DNA of 64,000 nucleotides from Gemmatimonadaceae bacterium (GTDB lineage Bacteria; Gemmatimonadota; Gemmatimonadetes; Gemmatimonadales; Gemmatimonadaceae): NCBI GenBank assembly GCA_016742275.1, contig JACVCD010000017.1, positions 32,952 to 96,951 of the forward strand, read 5' to 3'. Shown piece by piece: positions 56,993 to 64,000 of this stretch (position 1 is its first letter; each line of letters starts with the position of its first letter). The notes under the pieces were generated by a model. It saw only the letters and a program-made list of their open reading frames with translations, ran no database searches and was not told where the DNA came from. The position numbers and the translations under genes were made by a program.

Positions 56993-58665
56993 CATCTCCC
57001 GCGCGCCCGACAACGGCGCGGCGCGGGAGCGGAGAGAGCGACGCCGGGGGCGTCGTGGCCATTCTGCTCACTGACGTCGAGCCAGCAGTTCGAGTCAATG
57101 CTGCCCTCGAGTCGCACGGTGTGCGCACGGTGGCCATCTCTCCCATGGATGACGTGCGCGGCGAACTGCGGCGATCGCGTCCGTCGGTGGCCGTGTTCAC
57201 GGGCGCGTTGCTCGATGCCACGCACATCGCGCTGGTGCGCCAACTGTTGTGGGACAACGTGGCGGTGATTGGGTTTGTCGATGTGGCGGACCCGGCACTC
57301 GAGGTGCGGCTCCGCGAAATCGGCTACGCCGAAATCTGGGAGAAGCCCGTCGTCATTGACGATGTAGTGGACAGCATTCGTCGGCGTCTCGAACGTCGTC
57401 AGCTGGCTGAACTCACCGGACTGGTGGGAGAGTCCGCGGCCATTCGCGAAGTGCTGGTGAAAGTCGAGCAGATCGCGCCCGTCTCCAGCACGGTGCTGAT
57501 CGAAGGCGAGAGTGGCACCGGCAAGGAGTTGGTGGCGCGCGCGGTGCATCGATTGAGTCCACGTCGCGGCAAACCATTCATTGCCGTGAATGTGGGAGCG
57601 TTGCCGGAAACGTTGCTCGAAAGCGAGCTGTTCGGGCATGAGAAAGGTGCGTTCACTGGTGCGGCCGAACGTCGTCTCGGCCGCTTCGAACTCGCAGATA
57701 CGGGAACGCTGTTTCTCGACGAAATCGGTGAGATCCCGCCGAGTACGCAGGTGAAGCTGCTGCGTGTGCTCGAGGAGCGCGAAGTCACGCGCGTTGGTGG
57801 TGGACAATCCATTCCCATCGACGTGCGAGTGGTGGCGGCCACCAATCGTCCATTGCGCGAACATGTGGAAGAGGGTGCTTTCCGCGCCGATCTGTTCTAC
57901 CGGCTCAATGTGCTGAGCGTGTATTTGCCGCCGCTGCGTGAGCGACGCGAGGACATTCCGCTGCTGGTGCGGCGATTTGTCACCGAGTTCTCGACACTGC
58001 ACGACCGGGAATTCCAGGGCATTTCTGGTGATGCACTCGAACGGCTCGTGGAGTATTCGTGGCCCGGCAACGTGCGCGAATTGCGCAATCTCGTCGAGAG
58101 CATGGTGGTGCTTGCGCACGGCCGTGAGATCGTAGCCGATGATATTCCGCGTGCGATTCGCGAAGGCGGTGGCCGTCGATTCCTGCCCGTGCCCGTCGGA
58201 CCGATGGTGCAGGGAGCAGAGCGCGCGCAGGGGCGCGAACTCGAATTCATCGTGCGCTCATTGCTCGAGCTCAAACTGCAGGTTGAAGAACTGCGACGTC
58301 GTATGGACGTCGAGCAGCGCGCACCATCGGGATGGGTTGGTGATGTGCAGTCGGGCGTGAACGTGCCCTACGTCACCGCGCCCGGACTCGATGTTGGAAA
58401 CGGGATTGGCTCAGCTGTTTCAGGAATACGCGGAATCGAACCGCGTGATCAATCACCACCATCGACAACGATCACGCTGGGGCCCGGAATGACGATGGCG
58501 GAAATCGAGCGCCAGGCCATTCTGGGGGCGTTGCGCGACACCGCTGGCAACCGTCGAAAAGCGGCGGAATTGCTCGGCATTGGTGAGCGCACCCTGTACC
58601 GGAAGTTGCGGGAATACGAAGGTGAGGACATCCCGGAAGAGGGCGACGCCGGAGATGAAACTTGA
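56989..58665 (+). CDS. Sigma54 enhancer-binding protein with atypical (pseudo-)receiver
   Basis: GTGA overlap with gcvT; [26 protein letters not shown], Fis HTH. Confidence 0.9.
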   Translation: MTSPARPTTARRGSGESDAGGVVAILLTDVEPAVRVNAALESHGVRTVAISPMDDVRGELRRSRPSVAVFTGALLDATHIALVRQLLWDNVAVIGFVDVADPALEVRLREIGYAEIWEKPVVIDDVVDSIRRRLERRQLAELTGLVGESAAIREVLVKVEQIAPVSSTVLIEGESGTGKELVARAVHRLSPRRGKPFIAVNVGALPETLLESELFGHEKGAFTGAAERRLGRFELADTGTLFLDEIGEIPPSTQVKLLRVLEEREVTRVGGGQSIPIDVRVVAATNRPLREHVEEGAFRADLFYRLNVLSVYLPPLRERREDIPLLVRRFVTEFSTLHDREFQGISGDALERLVEYSWPGNVRELRNLVESMVVLAHGREIVADDIPRAIREGGGRRFLPVPVGPMVQGAERAQGRELEFIVRSLLELKLQVEELRRRMDVEQRAPSGWVGDVQSGVNVPYVTAPGLDVGNGIGSAVSGIRGIEPRDQSPPSTTITLGPGMTMAEIERQAILGALRDTAGNRRKAAELLGIGERTLYRKLREYEGEDIPEEGDAGDET

Positions 58666-58826
58666 GGTCCGGGGGGGTACATGATTGATACACAACGTCT
58701 TGCCGCAAAGCTGAGTCTTGCCAAACGGCGTCCTCAGCCACAGATTTGCGCCATCGACAGTCGGATGCTGTCCTCCGGGTTGTCCCCCTCACGGAGTCAA
58801 GTCTGTCCAATCCAGTCCTGTTCGGC

Positions 58827-59750
58827 ATGACCTCACCCTCCCAGCCGGCCGGAGTTGTAGCCGGGAGTGTCTTGCCTATCCGCCGCGCCGAGGAGCTGAT
58901 CGCCACGCTTCCCGGGGTCATCTCCGTGCGGATCGTCCCCAATGAAACCGGGGCCGTGGACGAGATTCATGTACTGACGACCGATCAGGTTCCCCCCAAG
59001 AACACGGTCCGGAACATCGAGAGCGCGCTCATGGCGCAGCTCGGCCTCCGGGTGAACCATCGGAAGATTTCCATCGCGACCACGCTGGACGCACCGCGGG
59101 CGGTGGATGTGCCGGTGACGGCACCTGCCGCCACTACGCCGACTTCTGGTCTGACGGCGGTTCCAGGCCGTCCGGCCACGGTTTCAGGCGCTCCGGTGGC
59201 ACCGGGCGTGACGACCCCGCCCCAGGGTGTAACGGCTGCGGCCCGCGGATCTGTTACGGCAGAGCCTGCTGTACCGTCTGTCCCAGTTCGTGCCGTCGGT
59301 CGAGTTGAATCGTCTTCAGGGTCAGCGGTGTTGGCGGACTATGCCAGCAGCCGCCGTTTGTTGGTGTTCGAGGATGTCGAGGTTCGTCGGTCGCGCTCGC
59401 GTGGTGTGCTGGTTCGTGTCACGCTGACGCGCGATGGGCAGGAGTACTTCGGTGAAGCAGAAGGGCAGGAAACGGAGCGATCGCGCATTGAGTTGGCAGC
59501 GCGGGCCACGTTGCAGGCGATCATTGCGGCGATGAAGGCCACTCCGGGCGGTGAGCGCAGCTTGGCGCTGGAGGGTTCGAAGCTCATCGAAGCATTTGAT
59601 CGTGAGTTCATCTTCGTGAGTGTGGCGGCGCGTGTGGGTCGCGAGCCGGTCGCACTGACGGGTAGCTGTGAAGTGCGGGAGAGCGCGGAAACGAGTGCAG
59701 TACTGGCAGTGCTCGACGCGACCAACCGCTGGGTACATCTCGATCGGTAA
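58827..59750 (+). CDS. Uncharacterised two-domain protein with Pro/Ala/Thr linker
   Basis: N-domain GVISVRIV..DEIHVL..RNIESAL..RKISIA; C-domain with two beta-beta-beta-alpha-like repeats. Confidence 0.8.
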   Translation: MTSPSQPAGVVAGSVLPIRRAEELIATLPGVISVRIVPNETGAVDEIHVLTTDQVPPKNTVRNIESALMAQLGLRVNHRKISIATTLDAPRAVDVPVTAPAATTPTSGLTAVPGRPATVSGAPVAPGVTTPPQGVTAAARGSVTAEPAVPSVPVRAVGRVESSSGSAVLADYASSRRLLVFEDVEVRRSRSRGVLVRVTLTRDGQEYFGEAEGQETERSRIELAARATLQAIIAAMKATPGGERSLALEGSKLIEAFDREFIFVSVAARVGREPVALTGSCEVRESAETSAVLAVLDATNRWVHLDR

Positions 59751-59833
59751 GACCGCGACGACGCGTTCTGGATCAGCCTCACACACTTCGTCACCAAGCG
59801 ACGAACAACCCCAACGTCCCCGTCAACCGAAGA

Positions 59834-59915
59834 GAGCGGAGCTGAGCGGGCAGGCCAAGTAACAGGAGCGGAGCCAACCATGAGCTAGCGCGGACATTCC
59901 GAGCGGAATGCCTGC
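59834..59915 (+). repeat. Four GAGCGG boxes and a hairpin in the leader of the peptide gene
   Basis: GAGCGG at 59834, 59844, 59866, 59901; stem GCGGACATTCC/GGAATGCCTGC at 59890-59915. Confidence 0.65.
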
Positions 59916-59941
59916 GACTGACCCTACGGGAGGTGACGCAG

Positions 59942-60013
59942 ATGGAATTCATGGCCCAGCTCGTGAACGCGATGATGTCTTTCGTGTTGGCTGATCTGAA
60001 GACCTGGGGCTGA
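59942..60013 (+). CDS. Unannotated 23-aa peptide MEFMAQLVNAMMSFVLADLKTWG
   Basis: SD GGGAGGTGA just upstream, ATG 59942, tandem stops TGA-TAA, 32 nt before the HD-GYP gene. Confidence 0.7.
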   Translation: MEFMAQLVNAMMSFVLADLKTWG

Positions 60014-60045
60014 TAACAGCCTTGGTTGGCGGGGAACTCCTACGT

Positions 60046-61371
60046 ATGAAGACAAGCGTAATCGCCTATGTATATGCGATCGTTGCCGTTGCTGCGGCTG
60101 CGCTTGTTGGCACGTTTGTATCTTCTCCTGCAGTCGATTGGGGGCTCGCAGGCGGTGCCTTTGCTCTGACATTGGTTGCTTTCCTTGGCGCGATTTTCAA
60201 CTACCGCGTTCAGGGAAGCACATTTGGTGAGGTGAGTTTCATCCCGTACCTCACCGCGATCGTACTCTATCCGTCGTGGCTAACCATCGCTGTGGTAGGC
60301 GTTGGAGCGCTCGTTGCTGAGATAATCAAGCCGAAATCGGCGATTAAGCGTGCTTTCAATGTCGCGCAAATTGTACTTGCTAGCGCAGTAAGCGTATGGG
60401 TCTACCAAGCGCTTGGTGGAATCTCGCTGCAGGTTGCGAGCAGCTTCCATGCCACGCCGCACATCGCCGCGGTTGTTGTGTTCCTACTCGTGAACACATT
60501 TGCCGTCGCTGCCGCTATTGGCTTGGCAGAAGGAAAGAGCATCGTTAAGACGTGGTCCAAGGGCAATGCCGCTGGGCTGGTCTACGATGTTATCGCGATT
60601 CCAGTTGTGTACGCGTGTGCGCGCGCTTACGTCGATTGGGGCGCGGGCGGCGTTGTCGCGCTGTGTGCGATTGTGCTCGGAGTACGGTTCACGTACCAGT
60701 CAAAGCATCAACTGGAGACAACGAATCGCGAACTCCTTGAGCTCTTCGTGCAAACCGTTGAATTCCGCGATCCGTATACCTCCGGTCATTCTCAGCGCGT
60801 AAGCCGATTTTCGAGAATTATCGCTCAGGTCATAGGCTTACCCCAGAAAGAGATCGAACGGATCTCCACTGCCGCTCTTCTTCATGACGTCGGCAAGATC
60901 CATGAGATTTTTGCCCCGATCTTGATGAAGCCAGGCCGCCTCACTCCGGAGGAGCGTGCCATTATGGAGCTTCATCCGATCAAGTCGGCCGAACTCGTTG
61001 CTAAAATCTCGGATCTGCAGGACATTGTGCCAGCGGTTCGCCATCACCACGAGAATTGGGATGGTACGGGATATCCCGACCAGTTGAAGGGCAAGGATAT
61101 TCCTCTCGGATCCCGCATCATCATGTTTGCAGACACAATTGATGCGATGACGACGGATCGCCCATACCGTAAAGCTCTTACCGAAGTTGATGTTCGCGAT
61201 GAACTGAAAAAGTGGCGTGGAGCTCAGTTCGATCCCGATATCTGTGATGCGCTGCTGAACTCACCTGATTTTGGGCGACTCTTCGACAAGAATGACTCAG
61301 GTAACATCCAGTCGCTCACTCAGATTATCGATATCGTCCGTAAGCGAGTGCGTACGCCGGCCGTAGCCTAG
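60046..61371 (+). CDS. Membrane-bound HD-GYP phosphodiesterase with multi-TM (MASE-like) sensor domain
   Basis: About 7-8 hydrophobic segments incl. AFNVAQ; TSGHSQRV, LHDVGK, HHENWDGTGYP, FDP. Confidence 0.92.
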   Translation: MKTSVIAYVYAIVAVAAAALVGTFVSSPAVDWGLAGGAFALTLVAFLGAIFNYRVQGSTFGEVSFIPYLTAIVLYPSWLTIAVVGVGALVAEIIKPKSAIKRAFNVAQIVLASAVSVWVYQALGGISLQVASSFHATPHIAAVVVFLLVNTFAVAAAIGLAEGKSIVKTWSKGNAAGLVYDVIAIPVVYACARAYVDWGAGGVVALCAIVLGVRFTYQSKHQLETTNRELLELFVQTVEFRDPYTSGHSQRVSRFSRIIAQVIGLPQKEIERISTAALLHDVGKIHEIFAPILMKPGRLTPEERAIMELHPIKSAELVAKISDLQDIVPAVRHHHENWDGTGYPDQLKGKDIPLGSRIIMFADTIDAMTTDRPYRKALTEVDVRDELKKWRGAQFDPDICDALLNSPDFGRLFDKNDSGNIQSLTQIIDIVRKRVRTPAVA

Positions 61372-64000
61372 GCCTCCCCAAGGGCTAAGATAGCGCGACC
61401 AAGGAATGCGGCCGGAGAACTCTTCTCCCGCCGCATTTTTGCTATGTACCTATCGAGTAGTTGAGACGCGGCCTTCGAATCTCCAATGCGCAGCAGGGAG
61501 AAGATGAGCGCCGATGCGAACAAATCGGCGGCAGCAAACGATGCTGTTCTATCGAATCGACTTGTTGCGACCTCTAGCATCTCCTCAGAGGGCCGCCATT
61601 TCGGGTCCAATAGATTGGTTGAGAGCTCAAGAGCCATTACGTATGCCACGGACCGAGAATGCGGAATTCTGGGCAACGAGCGTTTGCAATGGTCCAAGTG
61701 CATTCTGGCGACCTTTGCGTCGCTCACACTGATTGCGGAGAGGCACAGATGACTGTGAATGAAGCTGTTCGCCGTTTCGTCGTGATTCTCTGACGCCAGG
61801 TCACGGAGAGTATTGGTCCATGCTTCTGCATTCGCCTGGTCACCCAGCTCAAGATAGACTTGGCCAAGTTGCCAGACCGGGTACTCAGCAAGGCGAGGAA
61901 GATCAATTTCGAAGGCGAGCCTCTGCGCTAGCGTGAGCGATCTGAGTGCTTCCTCGGGGTGGCCCGTCATTCGAAAGACATAGCCAGCACGACCACAGTC
62001 CACAATGCGGGACGTCGTCGAAGACGCTCGCAATCCCCTCAAGTACATCGACTCCGCAAGTTTGTATGCGACGTCAACCGATCCGAATACGGTATGATAG
62101 AGCACGGCAACACGTTGTAGTCGCTGGTCTGCTAGGTAATCAGACTCGCTTGTCCCAAGCCCTTCGTAGCAGTCTCTAGCGAGAACCGGGTCGCAAGTAT
62201 TTGATGCGATTACCAAACCGATATCAGCGGCACGGATTCGCAATTCCATCGATGCCGTGGTTGCCTTTGCAAGAGCTCCAGCGAACCCCCCAAGCTCGGA
62301 TGGATCCGCAATGGGATCCGAGCGAAACGCTGATTCGACGAAAGAGAGGCGTTCGTCGAGTTCCGTCTCTGATAGATTCTGCGCTGTACTTGGAAGCGAA
62401 ACACTCGACGAGAGCGAGCTAAGCGCCTGCGCAAAGTTTCCGCTCTCTGATTCGAGTCTGCCAAGAATTCGAGGTATCTTCTTAGAAAGACTCGAAGAGG
62501 AGCTCCGCTCCGCAATACTCCTCACTCCCCGAAGGATTAGCTCAGGCTTACCAACGTTGAGGAGATCATGCTCGTTTCGTGACAGGAAGGCTTCAAGCGC
62601 AGCATGCTTCTTCCCATGATAGAGTTGCGAGAACGCCTCAAGAAGAAGCTCCGGATCCAACGATTCCTGATACTCTTGCTCCACAAGTTCGGCAACAGCG
62701 GAGCGCAATGTCGCTTGGACTAGACTGGTCATTCGACTCACCGCTACTTGGCGAATGAGGTCATGCGATACCACCATGGATGCGTCTGAAACTGCTAGGC
62801 AACCTGACTCTTCAAGCTGTTCGAGACAAAAGAGCATCTCGTGCGTCGGCAGGTTGAGGACGCGCTGGATTCGGTCCAATGAAGCAAACCGTCCGAGTAT
62901 TGTAATGGTCTGCAGTGCCCTTACTGACGATGCCGCCAATCGATCAAGGCGTTGATCGAGCAGTACAGTCAGTGACGGGGGAACTCCGTCCGCATCGCCT
63001 GTGACTGTCCAATGTTCAACCAGGGCACGTAACATCAATGGTGTGCCTTCGCTACTTGAAACCAACCACCCCTCAACCTCTGCGGGAAGCGGAGCGGCCA
63101 AGTCAATTCCGATCGCGCGTGCAAGTTTTACGCAACCTTCATTGTCCAATCCGCTCAATCGACGGGCAATCAGATTCAGAGGGATCTGTTCCGGCCTGGG
63201 ATTCCGGATAGACGCATAGCGCGAAGTGATGATTGCAAAAACCCGCAGTGACGGAGTTCTGTGGAGCACGTCGAAAATTGCGTCCCATGAGGACTCATCA
63301 ATCCAATGCGTGTCTTCGACTACGAAGTAGATGGGTTGCTCATCTGATACCGCCGAAAACAGATCGACTATTGCGCGCCGTAAGGAGTGCGCGCGAACAC
63401 GCTGAATACGATCGGAGGCATCGTCTCTAATCGGATCACTGTAGGAGCTGGTGTTCGCAGGCGATTGCTGAGTATCCGGATTCTCAACGCCCACCTCCTC
63501 CCCCACCAACCGCTTCAACACCGCCAGACTCTCCGGCGAACACCCCAGCGCACCAGGACTCGCCATCAATTCCGGCAACGCCTCCAGCACAGCACCCAGT
63601 GGCCGGTGCTGCTCGCTCTCGCGGCACTCGATGGTGATCTCACGATACCCTTCGATCTGTGCGACTTTGCCGAGCTCCGTGCAAAGACGTGTCTTGCCGA
63701 TACCGGCTGGACCATGCAGCAGAATCGCGCTGCCATCATGCCAGCGCGCGCGACGCATCTGCATCGTCAGTTCGGCCATCTCCTTCTCGCGTCCGACGAA
63801 ATGCCGCTCCGTCGCCGCCAACGACGGACGCCGACGCGCGGATGGCTCCGTGAAACGCTTTCGCAATTGCGTCGCCGGCAGACGAATGTCTCCGGCATCC
63901 GGCCCCAGTTCCTCGAGATACCGATCGATGATCGCCACCGCCTCCGACTTGGCACCATTCATCATGGTGCACTCGGCGATCGTCAATGTGGCGTCTTCAT
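61368..64000 (-). CDS. BTAD/SARP-type regulator with STAND-like ATPase and helical (TPR-like) C-terminus; 5' end beyond the window
   Basis: Frame is open to the window edge (..EDATLTIAEC..EAVAIIDRY, BTAD-like); HFVGRE, Walker A GPAGIGKT, Walker B VVEDTHW, SEGTPL. Confidence 0.8.
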   Translation of the reverse strand, partial: EDATLTIAECTMMNGAKSEAVAIIDRYLEELGPDAGDIRLPATQLRKRFTEPSARRRPSLAATERHFVGREKEMAELTMQMRRARWHDGSAILLHGPAGIGKTRLCTELGKVAQIEGYREITIECRESEQHRPLGAVLEALPELMASPGALGCSPESLAVLKRLVGEEVGVENPDTQQSPANTSSYSDPIRDDASDRIQRVRAHSLRRAIVDLFSAVSDEQPIYFVVEDTHWIDESSWDAIFDVLHRTPSLRVFAIITSRYASIRNPRPEQIPLNLIARRLSGLDNEGCVKLARAIGIDLAAPLPAEVEGWLVSSSEGTPLMLRALVEHWTVTGDADGVPPSLTVLLDQRLDRLAASSVRALQTITILGRFASLDRIQRVLNLPTHEMLFCLEQLEESGCLAVSDASMVVSHDLIRQVAVSRMTSLVQATLRSAVAELVEQEYQESLDPELLLEAFSQLYHGKKHAALEAFLSRNEHDLLNVGKPELILRGVRSIAERSSSSSLSKKIPRILGRLESESGNFAQALSSLSSSVSLPSTAQNLSETELDERLSFVESAFRSDPIADPSELGGFAGALAKATTASMELRIRAADIGLVIASNTCDPVLARDCYEGLGTSESDYLADQRLQRVAVLYHTVFGSVDVAYKLAESMYLRGLRASSTTSRIVDCGRAGYVFRMTGHPEEALRSLTLAQRLAFEIDLPRLAEYPVWQLGQVYLELGDQANAEAWTNTLRDLASENHDETANSFIHSHLCLSAISVSDAKVARMHLDHCKRSLPRIPHSRSVAYVMALELSTNLLDPKWRPSEEMLEVATSRFDRTASFAAADLFASALIFSLLRIGDSKAASQLLDRYIAKMRREKSSPAAFLGRAILALGEA

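Noticed and set aside
58666-58826. Sigma54 promoter for the 58827 gene or for the peptide gene
   Set aside because: No TGGC-context GG-N10-GC on the coding strand; only a GTCTTGCC direct repeat (58697, 58715) of unclear meaning
1-64000. CRISPR arrays, tRNA/rRNA genes, IS elements, prophage genes
   Set aside because: No regular repeat-spacer arrays, T-loop/CCA cloverleaf signatures, transposase or phage motifs noticed by eye; tRNAscan-SE, Infernal and ISEScan would be needed to exclude them formally

Overview
GC-rich (about 62-70% in core genes) bacterial chromosome segment. Gene content and protein style suggest Gemmatimonadota (Gemmatimonas-like); this is an inference. Order: dinB, a D-amino-acid PLP enzyme and a Rid protein; signalling and polyphosphate genes; a type I secretion-like operon (ABC-MFP-TolC) with a degenerate ATPase, preceded by an ORF ending in RAPP; orphan surface proteins; arfB; a CNNM/CBS protein; a type IVa pilus locus (PilS/PilR-like pair, two pilins, a second kinase, PilV/W/X-like minor pilins, pilMNOPQ, an 802-aa lipoprotein); aroC-aroK-smg-topA-trmFO-xerC; accessory genes that split xerC/hslV/hslU; argF; an MBL-rhodanese; gcvT. 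The right end holds a signalling module: sigma54 activator, uncharacterised protein, GAGCGG-repeat leader, an unannotated 23-aa peptide with a perfect SD, a multi-TM HD-GYP protein, and a convergent BTAD/STAND-type regulator cut by the window edge. I recognised no rRNA, tRNA, CRISPR array or IS by eye. Best candidates for new biology: (1) the peptide/HD-GYP/STAND module, (2) a putative RAPP arrest peptide controlling the degenerate T1SS, (3) a possible non-contiguous hslV-hslU operon, (4) a shared TGCA-N3-TGCA motif and several sigma54 promoters. All family assignments come from motif recognition, not database searches.
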